Notes: generated by a model from the sequence alone, not told the origin. Positions 44,864 through 53,796 are shown, counted from the first letter of the stretch. The stretch: DNA of 64,000 bases from Paludibacteraceae bacterium (GCA_031553005.1 JAVBMA010000008.1:78-64077), one strand, 5' to 3'. Numbers and translations: made by a program.

Positions 44864-47800
44864 TAAAATAGAAAAAGGTGACGATCCATTTTCATCTTCC
44901 GGGGCTTCCGGAAAATTCGAAGGGATTAACTCTTTTAATAATGGAAGATCCTCTTTCCGGAAAATGATTGTATGTACCCGGGAAGTAAGTTGTCGGATAT
45001 CCTCCTTATCAGAAGAGGTTATTTTATTCAAAATCAAAACGTCGTATTCCTCTTTCAAAAGGATATCCTTATCCGAAGAAAAACTGATCCGTTCATTTTT
45101 CAAATAACAATTCTCAGCTATGGCTATTGCTTCCGGATTGGAATCGTATCCCGAGACAAGGTTGTTTTTTCCTCTTATCATAAACCAATAGGCGATAAAA
45201 CCGTATCCGCAACCATACACCAATACCCGTTCTTGCTCTTTTATATATGGCTCAAAGATAGCGTACTTACCGGTCTCTTTCAGCTCTTCTCTCAGTAATT
45301 TTTCCACAGCAACTCCCTTATATGCATAATTGCTACGGATTTTCTGAACATCGGAAAGTCCTTTTTTTCCGAAATAAGAATCAGCATGCAGCAAGCCATG
45401 AACTGTAAGAGGGGCCTTTCCGCGCAATGCAGGGCGCTTAATCAGCCAATAGAATAAAAACGGCTGCAATGAATAGGCAATCAGAACGGAGGTAGTCATC
45501 CCGATAAGGGTAGAAATCCCGATGGAAGATATAGCCGGGTGAACGGCAAAGAGCAACGATGCAATCCCGATAATCAATACTATTGCCGAAAAGAATATAG
45601 CAGTTTTATGATATGTCAGCAACTGGTAACGGGTGCGGTAGCCTACTAACAAGCCATCCATAATGAATATGCTGTAATCGACCCCGATACCGAATATAAA
45701 GGTGGAAATGACAATATTTATCAAATTGAACTGTAACCCGAAAATCCCCATAATACCCAGCACAATGTACCAACTCAGCGCCATCGGAAGAAAAGCAAGT
45801 ACAGACAAGAGGAAATTCCGGTAAGAGAGCAGCAGCACAATGAAAACGAAAACGGAAGATATGCCGAGTATCGTATTGAAATCATCGTTCATAATGCGTA
45901 CCATATCTTTGGTGTAGTAAAAAGGATCGATCACGATACTGTTTTTGTCAGCAGATAATATATCGCTTACATCCGCCAAATCCTCTATTCTATGTTGTAC
46001 GGGCGTAAATACGATATATGTACTATCGGTATACTCAATCATATTTGCCAGAATGGCAGAAGGTATCATTCCGGAATCATATATGGAAACGGGGTCATAT
46101 TTTTTATCCAATGCATCAAAAAATGGTTGGAACATCTCTGGACGAAAATTATAAGCTGTTGCCGCATGGGTCAGGTCTTTTTCCACCTGTTCTCTTCTCT
46201 CCTTGCTCCAATAAGCATTCCATCTGCTAATCTTCTTTTGCTGTCCGGACACCGGTATAAAAAGGGAGGATGATTTTGAAAAACCAAGTATCTTCTTTTC
46301 CTGCAGAAGGGTATCCATCAGTTGCATCATCTGCCCGCTATAAACCAATGCCGAATCCAAATCATGAGAAGTAGCAGCAAAATAAGTGGTTACATATCCG
46401 GGAAGCGTATGCGAAGCCAACAGGTCATGTGATTCGGTTACCTTTTTTTCATGATAACCGATATTTTTCAGGTCGGGATCAAACGTAACCCAGCGGGAGG
46501 TATAAAAACAGATTCCGCTCAGGACAACGATCGTTATAATCAGCCATGTCTGTTTTTCCAACGGGTATGAATTGATTTTTTCTAAAAAAGCAAAAGCTTT
46601 ATCCGAGCGTTTATTTTTTTCCGGATTAAAAAAGTGAGGCAGGAAAATTAAGCTAAAGAAGGTGGTTCCCGCTAAAGCCAATGAAGCGAAAATACCGAAA
46701 TCCTTCAGTAAATCGGACTGGGTAAACAGTAATGCCGCAAATGCGCCAATAGTGGTAAGGCAACCTAAAGTAACAGGAACAGCCTGATCTTTCAATACGG
46801 TAACGGGATCGCTCACATATTTGTAATGGGTTAGTACATGCAGGCAATAACTCAGGGCGACACCAAGCACTACCGCTCCGATACCCAACGCTTGCAAAGA
46901 CATACTGCCCTTGATAAAATAAATAATGGTAAGGGAGAAGAAAGCACCGTAAACTACCGGAGCCAATAAATAGATCAGTGATGATTTATTCCGGAAACAA
47001 TAGAGTATGATACCGCAAATAATCAACAACGATACAACAAGCGTTACTACCAGGTCTTTTTTTATCTGCCGGGAATTATATACACTTTGTGCAGGTGCGC
47101 CATGGTAGCTTATTTTTATTTCGGGATGGGAGGTTTGAAAACGGTCAATCTCATCTTCGAGCATCTCGATCAGCTTGATACTCTCTTTGGAGTTGAACGA
47201 TTGGAAATTGGGAGATATAAATGCAATGCCAATAACCGTATCGGGCGTAAAAAAGTATCCGTCTTTTATGATGTAATTCGAGCCGAGCCCATCTTGCATT
47301 GCTCCCATTTTATCAATAAAAATATTGCGGAATGCAACGGGATCGTTCATGATAATATCGCGGAAAGCCATTCCTGCTGGCGATAATAAATTCATATAGT
47401 TATCAGCCATCTGCTTTTCAATATTCTCCTTTGCCAGTATCGAATCCATCTTCACATAATCAATACTGTCGAGAAACAAAGGGATATTTCCATACAGGAA
47501 TCCGATGCTATTACGGATAAAATCGTCTTCTATTTTGTAGAGGGCATCCTCTATCACGCTCTTTTCCTGAGCCGAATCCCTTGCCAAAAGGGAACCGACA
47601 AAGCTATCGCATACAACAGCGAGTTCTTCCGGACGAACGGAACCGGCATCGGAAGCAAAAAGAATAAAGAGCTTGTCTTTTACTTTTAAATTGGCAAAAA
47701 CTACTTTTTCGGAACCTCCCGATTCGGTAGAGGGCAAAAGCTTGGAGATATCTTCTTCATACTCGACCTTCGAACCGAAATAGATAAAAAACAGGCTACT

Positions 47801-47875
47801 GAAAATCAGAATCAGATAAAGCAATACCGGATGTTTCCGGAAAAACTGATATATGTAAATGGTAAATCTGGTCAT
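44852..47875 (-). CDS. MMPL/RND-type exporter fused to a C-terminal class I SAM-dependent methyltransferase-like domain
   Basis: 1007 aa with two blocks of about 6 TM segments and large loops (MMPL topology). The last about 200 aa contain VLVYGCGYG (motif I), GYDSNPEA and YDVLILN. Confidence 0.7.
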   Translation of the reverse strand: MTRFTIYIYQFFRKHPVLLYLILIFSSLFFIYFGSKVEYEEDISKLLPSTESGGSEKVVFANLKVKDKLFILFASDAGSVRPEELAVVCDSFVGSLLARDSAQEKSVIEDALYKIEDDFIRNSIGFLYGNIPLFLDSIDYVKMDSILAKENIEKQMADNYMNLLSPAGMAFRDIIMNDPVAFRNIFIDKMGAMQDGLGSNYIIKDGYFFTPDTVIGIAFISPNFQSFNSKESIKLIEMLEDEIDRFQTSHPEIKISYHGAPAQSVYNSRQIKKDLVVTLVVSLLIICGIILYCFRNKSSLIYLLAPVVYGAFFSLTIIYFIKGSMSLQALGIGAVVLGVALSYCLHVLTHYKYVSDPVTVLKDQAVPVTLGCLTTIGAFAALLFTQSDLLKDFGIFASLALAGTTFFSLIFLPHFFNPEKNKRSDKAFAFLEKINSYPLEKQTWLIITIVVLSGICFYTSRWVTFDPDLKNIGYHEKKVTESHDLLASHTLPGYVTTYFAATSHDLDSALVYSGQMMQLMDTLLQEKKILGFSKSSSLFIPVSGQQKKISRWNAYWSKERREQVEKDLTHAATAYNFRPEMFQPFFDALDKKYDPVSIYDSGMIPSAILANMIEYTDSTYIVFTPVQHRIEDLADVSDILSADKNSIVIDPFYYTKDMVRIMNDDFNTILGISSVFVFIVLLLSYRNFLLSVLAFLPMALSWYIVLGIMGIFGLQFNLINIVISTFIFGIGVDYSIFIMDGLLVGYRTRYQLLTYHKTAIFFSAIVLIIGIASLLFAVHPAISSIGISTLIGMTTSVLIAYSLQPFLFYWLIKRPALRGKAPLTVHGLLHADSYFGKKGLSDVQKIRSNYAYKGVAVEKLLREELKETGKYAIFEPYIKEQERVLVYGCGYGFIAYWFMIRGKNNLVSGYDSNPEAIAIAENCYLKNERISFSSDKDILLKEEYDVLILNKITSSDKEDIRQLTSRVHTIIFRKEDLPLLKELIPSNFPEAPEDENGSSPFSILVEN

Positions 47876-47908
47876 CTTATTTTAATATAAAATTACTTAT
47901 GTTATTAA

Positions 47909-48040
47909 ACTTCGCGTCTTCGCATTTCAAGTGCTTGCGCTTTTCCTTTTTAACGCAAAGACGCGAAGGTCGGAAAGACGCAAAGATTTTTATTTAACGT
48001 AGTAAATTGCAAACTTGACAGCTTGCGATTTCAAGATTAT
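47909..48040. repeat. P-type palindromic repeat
   Basis: CTTCGCGTCTT (47910-47920) / AAGACGCGAAG (47958-47968). It shares CTTCGCATTT and GCTTGCGCTT with 57775-57868. Confidence 0.6.
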
Positions 48041-48044
48041 CTGT

Positions 48045-48120
48045 TTTTCTACCAGGCAATAATGCCTACGGCATATGGCAATAAAAATTCAAAATATTTT
48101 CTACAAATACATAGAAAATA
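48045..48120. repeat. N-type fragment
   Basis: TTTCTACC..ATGCC-TAC-GGCAT..TTTCTACAAATAC. Confidence 0.45.
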
Positions 48121-48238
48121 ATCTATATTTTCTGTTCTCTTGCTAAATCGCAAAAATAAGATTATCCCCTTCCCTTATACAACATTGACAATAAAGCTTT
48201 TCTAAATCAGCTCACATTAACTCAAATCACTCAACCTA

Positions 48239-48272
48239 AACTTTCACTTTTCACTTTTCACTTTTCAACTTC
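48239..48272 (-). repeat. GTGAAAG-family heptamer array containing the dehydratase stop
   Basis: Minus-sense reads GAAGTTGAAAAG TGA AAAGTGAAAAGTGAAAGTT. The stop is at 48258-48260. Confidence 0.85.
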
Positions 48273-48635
48273 AAGCTCTCCCTTTAAATCCACAAAAGAG
48301 ACCGTATTTTCAGGATTAGTAATAGTTGCTTTTATCTTGTATGATTCTTCTCCGGTTTCGGTAATCTGCACACGGACAAAGAGTTCGGAGTTTTGTGCAG
48401 GAATTATTACGGACAAAAATTTGCATTGGGAAATCCGTTTCAATAGTAATTTTTTTCCGGTCTCCTGTTGAACGCACTCCTTGATCATCTGTATATTGCA
48501 AACTCCGGGTGCAACCGGCATATCCGGAAAATGCCCTTTGTAAACTTTATACGAAGGGTTCAGGGCAACTGAGAAAATCACGCTGTTTTCTTCCTCTATT
48601 CTGTCCTGTATGGTAAAATATTCTCCTAAAAGCAT
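48258..48635 (-). CDS. FabZ-like 3-hydroxyacyl-ACP dehydratase (hotdog fold)
   Basis: 125 aa with GHFPDMPVAPGV, the FabZ/FabA active-site motif. Confidence 0.7.
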   Translation of the reverse strand: MLLGEYFTIQDRIEEENSVIFSVALNPSYKVYKGHFPDMPVAPGVCNIQMIKECVQQETGKKLLLKRISQCKFLSVIIPAQNSELFVRVQITETGEESYKIKATITNPENTVSFVDLKGELEVEK

Positions 48636-48689
48636 ATTGAGTAACTGTTTAAAATTTTTATCACAAAATTATTAGATGTCCTCAAGCCG

Positions 48690-48895
48690 GACAAGCTCTT
48701 ACTTTTTTCCAGCAGCTGAAAAAAGTAAGCAAAAAAAGCCGCCGCTGTGGATTCTTCGCTAAAAATCTTCTGCATTACACTAAAACGTTTTAAACTCCTC
48801 CCTACGGTCGTCAGACAAAAAACGTTTTTTAACGCTCCATTCCGAAAATTTTCTTAACGCTTCGCCTCCAAGGCGGATGGAGCAGTAGCACCTTT
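48690..48895. repeat. Q-type cluster of hairpins inside the lipid cluster spacer
   Basis: CTTACTTTTTT..AAAAAAGTAAG (11 bp), CGCCTCCAAGGCG, CTCCAT(T)CCG...CGGATGGAG. Confidence 0.5.
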
Positions 48896-49000
48896 AGCAA
48901 AAATTTTTTATATCAAATTCATCTTAATATAAAATTTAAACAGTTTCCGAATAAAATTTAGAATTGATAGAAAAACGATCTCCGGTTTTCAACTTTCCGT

Positions 49001-49447
49001 TTATACATCCCAACGTTTTTTCCAATTGTCGAAAAAATCGGGATTGGAGATTTCAAAAATGCCGTCTTTCGTCATAAAAAGCTGGATAGAGGTAGCTTTC
49101 AACACAAGCGACTTATCGTTTTTCCGGTAAATAGTATATTCGAAAATAAGTTTTGCCGCCCGGCTGGGCACATAAGCTATCTCGATAATTATAGTATCGC
49201 CTACGGAAACAGGTTGTTTGTATTGAAGGTGCATATCGACAATCGGAGCTACATAGCCGCTGTTAAACATATACATGTATTCCAATCCGAATTTCCGCCC
49301 GAAAGCCTCTCTTGCATCTTCCATATATTTGACATAGTTTCCATGCCAAACCATATTGATAGAGTCAACCTCACTGAAACGGACATCTACCTCGATGCTC
49401 TCTGTCAGTTTTGGGAAGTCAGCCGCATCGCCACCTTGTTTTTTCAT
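49001..49447 (-). CDS. Acyl-CoA/acyl-ACP thioesterase (4HBT, YbgC-like hotdog)
   Basis: 148 aa with VRFSEVDSINMVWHGNYVKYMEDAR, typical of the 4HBT family. Confidence 0.75.
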   Translation of the reverse strand: MKKQGGDAADFPKLTESIEVDVRFSEVDSINMVWHGNYVKYMEDAREAFGRKFGLEYMYMFNSGYVAPIVDMHLQYKQPVSVGDTIIIEIAYVPSRAAKLIFEYTIYRKNDKSLVLKATSIQLFMTKDGIFEISNPDFFDNWKKRWDV

Positions 49448-49472
49448 ACAAAACGTTCATTTACGACAAACC

Positions 49473-49874
49473 TTATTCCTTAATAAATATTTTCATCTGG
49501 CAGGTTGCCACTGTACGGTCGCCCACTTTAGTTTCGGCAGAAAGGAGGCTTATATTCATCACTTCCGACAAAATGCGTATGTGTGTAACCAATTTATCGC
49601 CAACCCCGGGAAGTTCCAATGTCTCATATTTTTTGACTTCGCCGATAAAACCAACCGGAACCGGCTGATTTTTCTGTTTTGCCTTGTAACCGGCAAAAGC
49701 CGATGCAGACTGGGCAATATGCTCAATCAAGCCGGGTTCGGTAAAACGTCCGGACTCGCAAAACAAATTGTCCGGCAAAACGGTCAATCCCGTTACACAA
49801 TTATTTTCCTCCGCACTATACAGCACATCAACCATTATGATCGGCTCTCTCTGGGGAATAAAATCCTTCATCAT
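49473..49874 (-). CDS. Hotdog-fold dehydratase-like protein (ApeI/ApeP-type candidate)
   Basis: Start set at ATG 49874 (MMKDFIPQREP...). The upstream 28 codons of ORF 49473..49958 are read from the stop-free strand of the heptamer array. Confidence 0.5.
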   Translation of the reverse strand: MMKDFIPQREPIIMVDVLYSAEENNCVTGLTVLPDNLFCESGRFTEPGLIEHIAQSASAFAGYKAKQKNQPVPVGFIGEVKKYETLELPGVGDKLVTHIRILSEVMNISLLSAETKVGDRTVATCQMKIFIKE

Positions 49875-49878
49875 TATA

Positions 49879-49981
49879 GGTGAAAATTGAAAGGTGAAAA
49901 CTGAAATAGTTGAAAAGTGAAAAGTGAAAGGTGAAAGCTTTTTTATCTCACCTTTCATCTTTCACTTTTCACCTTTCACCC
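49879..49981. repeat. Inverted pair of GTGAAAG-family arrays between the ACP stop and the dehydratase start
   Basis: Plus-oriented units at 49879-49937 and minus-oriented units at 49947-49981. The ACP TGA (49976-49978) lies inside the second arm. Confidence 0.85.
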
Positions 49982-50221
49982 ATTTAACCTTTGGTAAATA
50001 AAATCGTACAGGCTTTCGAATGTTTGAACGGCTGCGATTTCCTGACCTTTAATTTTTACATTGAATGTATTTTCAATCAGAGCTACCAAATCAACCAAAC
50101 TCAAGCTATCCAGCATTAAAGTGGCTTTTATATTTGCATCGGGAGTAATTTCGGAAACTTCGATTTCAAACTCTTCTGCCAATACTTCATTCACTTGCTC
50201 TATCAATTCTTGCTTTTCCAT
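49976..50221 (-). CDS. Acyl carrier protein
   Basis: 81 aa with the LDSLSLVDLV phosphopantetheine attachment motif. Confidence 0.85.
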   Translation of the reverse strand: MEKQELIEQVNEVLAEEFEIEVSEITPDANIKATLMLDSLSLVDLVALIENTFNVKIKGQEIAAVQTFESLYDFIYQRLNG

Positions 50222-50258
50222 GCGTTGTAAATAATTTCGTTATTAATTATGTGTTTTC

Positions 50259-50293
50259 TTATTTATCTGATTATCTGACCATCTGATTATCTA
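50259..50293 (-). repeat. Period-8 stop-rich array starting with the KS stop codon
   Basis: Minus-sense reads TAG ATAATCA GATGGTCA GATAATCA GATAAATAA. Confidence 0.65.
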
Positions 50294-51514
50294 CTTTATA
50301 TCCTTCACGATCAAGGTGGAGTTTGTCCCTCCGAATCCGAAGGAGTTGGAAAGGAACATATCGAAATTTTTATCCACCCGTTGGGAAGGGATATTAAGTT
50401 TTGCGGAATCTTCGTCCGGATTTTCGAAATTGAGGTTTGGTGCGATAAAACCGTTCTTCATCATCAGCATCGAGTAAATTATCTCGCTAGCTCCCGCCAT
50501 CCACATTTCGTGTCCGGTCATCGATTTGGTCGAAGTTACTTCCGGGTTGTAGTCTCCGAAAACTCCGGAAATGGCTTTTGCCTCATTCTTATCGCCTACC
50601 GGAGTAGAAGTGGCATGTGCATTGATATAGCCGATTTCCTTCAGGTTTATTCCGGCTTCCCTGATTGCCATCTCCAACGAGCGGCTTGGGCCGTCTACGT
50701 TCGGAACGGAAATATGGTCGCCGTTGGATGAGAAACCGTATCCGGTAATTTCAGCCAAGATAGGCGCGCCACGTTTTATTGCCGACTCATAACTTTCGAT
50801 AATTACGGTAGCCGCTCCACCTCCTGGAACCAATCCGTCTCGATCGCGGTCGAACGGGCGGGATGCTTTCGCCGGATCGCTTTCGCGGACGGAAAAAGCG
50901 CTGATACCATCGAAACTACCGATAGAAAACGGATTGACTTCCTGTGCACCGCCACATATAATGCAATCCTGCAATCCCCACTTGATAAGCAACGAACCCA
51001 GCCCGATTGCGTGCGAGCCACTTGCACAGGCTCCGGAAACGGTCAGGTTCATACCTTTCAGTTTAAAGATGCATGCCAGATTCATGGTAACGGTAGAGTT
51101 CATGGACTGGAAAATGGCTCCCGAACCGATGAGGGTCGTGTCCTTTTTCTGGCGCATGATGTCTACGCTATTAACTACGGGATCGGCACTACTGTCATTT
51201 CCATATAATATACCTACTTCGTGGCTTTCCAGATAATCCATATCCAGTTTTGCATTTTTCAATGCTTCGCTGGTTGCTACATAAGCGTATTTACCTTGTT
51301 CGGGCATATATACACGTTGATTGCGGCTTAATACGCCTTTGAGGTCGGGAACTTCTAAAAAAGCGGTTAACGCGGAACGGAATCCCATCTCTTTGCGGGC
51401 AGGGTCAAAAACAATTCCCGACTTGCCTGTATAAAGAGATTCACGTACTTCTTCCATGTTTTTTCCTAAACATGAATAAATTCCCATTCCGGTAATCACA
51501 ACTCGTCTTTCCAT
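50291..51514 (-). CDS. Beta-ketoacyl-ACP synthase (KAS I/II family)
   Basis: 407 aa with active-site Cys (GACASGSHAIG) and His motifs (NAHATSTPVGD, SMTGHEMWMAG). Confidence 0.9.
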   Translation of the reverse strand: MERRVVITGMGIYSCLGKNMEEVRESLYTGKSGIVFDPARKEMGFRSALTAFLEVPDLKGVLSRNQRVYMPEQGKYAYVATSEALKNAKLDMDYLESHEVGILYGNDSSADPVVNSVDIMRQKKDTTLIGSGAIFQSMNSTVTMNLACIFKLKGMNLTVSGACASGSHAIGLGSLLIKWGLQDCIICGGAQEVNPFSIGSFDGISAFSVRESDPAKASRPFDRDRDGLVPGGGAATVIIESYESAIKRGAPILAEITGYGFSSNGDHISVPNVDGPSRSLEMAIREAGINLKEIGYINAHATSTPVGDKNEAKAISGVFGDYNPEVTSTKSMTGHEMWMAGASEIIYSMLMMKNGFIAPNLNFENPDEDSAKLNIPSQRVDKNFDMFLSNSFGFGGTNSTLIVKDIK

Positions 51515-51670
51515 ATATCTAATTTAAATTTATTTCAGTTTTTATCATACGCCAGAGTCCCGTTTCATTTACTTCGACATGAAGACACAAAGGCGTAAAG
51601 AAAATATAAATTGCAGTCTCTTTACCTTTAAAATATTTCTGACAACTTCCCCTACCTACAGCCACTCACC

Positions 51671-51699
51671 TTAACTTTCACCTTTCACTTTTCAACTTC
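51671..51699 (-). repeat. GTGAAAG-family heptamer array, 8 nt after the acyltransferase stop
   Basis: Minus-sense reads GAAGTTGAAAAGTGAAAGGTGAAAGTTAA. Confidence 0.8.
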
Positions 51700-51704
51700 T
51701 ACCC

Positions 51705-53102
51705 TCAAGCGGACTTCTGATATCCGTCAACAATACTTGATTTCAGTTCAATGTCTAAACATGAAAATATTTCTTTCCTTAATTGAATCAAATCCTGAAT
51801 TTTCCCACTTTTCAACAGCTTCCGGAAGCGTATTTCACTCCTCCATTTGATGAACGTTTTACGGTAATTCCATGCAAAAAGTCCAATAAACGGCAAAGTA
51901 AATAAATAAATCATAGCTATCCAAAACGAACCGGAGATAATCCGGCACAGGGCAAAGGCGAGGGTATAGAACAGAGGGATTGTAGCTAACACGCTGAGTC
52001 CGAAATTAAACGAACCGTAAAACATCTTATCTTTCAGCTTTCTGTTTATCAACCGGGGAGCCAGAAAAATAATGATATTCGGAATCAGGGAAAAAATAAA
52101 CAGGGGAAATAGCACTATATAGAGAAGAGCTCTTAACAATATAGAAAATATAGAAAATTTTCCATCAAAATTCCAATCCCTGATATTGAATTTCAATGTT
52201 TCTTCTTTTAATTTCAATACTTTCCGGAACAGGGCTTCTGTTTTTGATTCTTCTTTCTCCTTCAAATCTGCCATATCAGCAATAAATGCTTTATCCGAAA
52301 GCAATCTGTCCGGTAAAAGACCGGACTTGAACCCTCTTTTCTTTGCGTATTTTGCTCCGTATGTATTCCTGAGGTAATCCAACGCTTCATAATTTTCCAA
52401 ATCGGTGATATTAAGCATCAATTGCTCTATCTGTTCACGAACCAGCCTGTTTACCTCCCGCTGAGCCGTCCTCGGCTTTGTCTTATACAGCTCATAATAA
52501 GGAGCTAACGAGATAGGAGTCCCGAATTTAATCACTAACTCTTCCTGTATGCTAAAATAATTGGAATAATGGTTGCACGAGGGCAAAATAAGGATATCAT
52601 CCTGAAAACCTGCCTTTTCGGCAGCTCCGAATGCAAGCCTCAGATAGCCCAAGGAAAATTCACCCAGCCATCTTTTATCCTGATGTCCCGCTTCGGGATA
52701 GATAATAACCGACCGGCCTTTCATCAACTCCTTTCCGGCAGCTTCAAAAGTCTCGTTATTATTACCAAGCGCCGCTTCACCTTCATAATCCAACCTGAAA
52801 GCGGGCAACAGCCCGATAAAACGTAAAAATTTATTGGCTACCGGATGTTTAAATACATCGGCGCGTGCAATGAAGTTTGCCTTCCGTTTTCCCAAAGCAA
52901 AAAGGATACCGAGCGGATCATTCAGGCAGTTCTGGTGATTGGAAACAATCATCACGGGAGTTCCGTTTACCGGAATATTTTCCTGATTTACGGTGTATGT
53001 TTTTCTATAAAATATCTTATCGTGAAAAAAACGTACATAAGAGCGAAACATTTTGAAAGCCAATCCCGGCTTTAATTTTTCCGCATTTTCGTTTATGTTC
53101 AT
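51705..53102 (-). CDS. Lysophospholipid acyltransferase (LPLAT/PlsC family) with a C-terminal membrane domain
   Basis: 465 aa with HX4D (NHQNCLND) and YPEAGHQ motifs, plus C-terminal TM helices. Confidence 0.75.
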   Translation of the reverse strand: MNINENAEKLKPGLAFKMFRSYVRFFHDKIFYRKTYTVNQENIPVNGTPVMIVSNHQNCLNDPLGILFALGKRKANFIARADVFKHPVANKFLRFIGLLPAFRLDYEGEAALGNNNETFEAAGKELMKGRSVIIYPEAGHQDKRWLGEFSLGYLRLAFGAAEKAGFQDDILILPSCNHYSNYFSIQEELVIKFGTPISLAPYYELYKTKPRTAQREVNRLVREQIEQLMLNITDLENYEALDYLRNTYGAKYAKKRGFKSGLLPDRLLSDKAFIADMADLKEKEESKTEALFRKVLKLKEETLKFNIRDWNFDGKFSIFSILLRALLYIVLFPLFIFSLIPNIIIFLAPRLINRKLKDKMFYGSFNFGLSVLATIPLFYTLAFALCRIISGSFWIAMIYLFTLPFIGLFAWNYRKTFIKWRSEIRFRKLLKSGKIQDLIQLRKEIFSCLDIELKSSIVDGYQKSA

Positions 53103-53438
53103 AAAAATCCTTTCCTAATTTCTCATTCGTACTATTATGGTTCGGGACAGATAGTATAAAAAGCCGCTCCCGGCTATCTTAAAATTCAAGACTATGAATA
53201 AGTGATAAAACCCGAAAAATAAAATTCTTTTTTGTCTTCTTCTAAAAAATAACTTCGCAAAACTAATATTTTTTTTCAAATCAATTTTAGTCCCATTTTC
53301 CAGAAATAAGGTAATAAAAGCGGATTTGAGAGTAAAAACACCGGGATATCCGGGGTGCAACTTTCTGTCGCGCCCCGGATTGAAATACAAACATTATGAA
53401 AATTTGGAATAAAAATTTGGAATAAAAAAATAAAACAT

Positions 53439-53446
53439 TACCTTTG
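53439..53446 (+). promoter_or_regulatory. -7 promoter box (TACCTTTG) for tRNA-Lys(TTT)
   Basis: 36 nt upstream of the tRNA. Preceded by the direct repeat AAAATTTGGAATAAA x2. Confidence 0.5.
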
Positions 53447-53481
53447 CACCGCCTTACAAAAAAATAAGGCAATATAAGGAT

Positions 53482-53557
53482 GAGTTAGTAGCTCAGCTGG
53501 TAGAGCACATCCCTTTTAAGGATGGGGTCCTGGGTTCGAGCCCCAGCTGACTCACCA
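53482..53557 (+). tRNA. tRNA-Lys (anticodon TTT), CCA encoded
   Basis: Acceptor GAGTTAG/CTGACTC, anticodon loop CTTTTAA, T-loop GGTTCGAGCC. Confidence 0.9.
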
Positions 53558-53558
53558 A

Positions 53559-53597
53559 AGAAGCTTTCAAATTGTTTTGAAAGCTTCTCTTTTTTTG
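53559..53597 (+). terminator. Terminator after tRNA-Lys(TTT)
   Basis: AGAAGCTTTCAAA TTGT TTTGAAAGCTTCT: 13-bp perfect stem followed by a T7 run. Confidence 0.8.
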
Positions 53598-53629
53598 TAA
53601 TAATGCCAAAGATAAGAAGGTATCCTAAA

Positions 53630-53745
53630 AATACTTTAACCACAAAGTACACAAAGTTTTACACTAAAGGGCACAAAAAATAACAATTGACTATCAATAA
53701 ATTTTCCTTGTGTACTTTGTGGTAAAGAATTGACATTGCTGCTTT
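53630..53745. repeat. M-type MITE-like palindromic element, copy 2 (opposite orientation to copy 1)
   Basis: CCACAAAGTACACAAAGTTTTACACTAAAGGGCACAAA matches the reverse complement of 30819-30857. Its own inverted repeat partner is CCTTGTGTACTTTGTGG. Confidence 0.7.
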
Positions 53746-53796
53746 TGGTATTTTTTTACCGACCGAAAATTCTATTTAATCCAAAATATATGAAAA

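Noticed and set aside
53115-53472. ORFs 53115..53390 and 53287..53472 (minus strand) between the acyltransferase gene and tRNA-Lys.
   Set aside because: They overlap each other in an AT-rich promoter region, have low-complexity K/F/R-rich sequence and no motifs. The second runs into the tRNA promoter.
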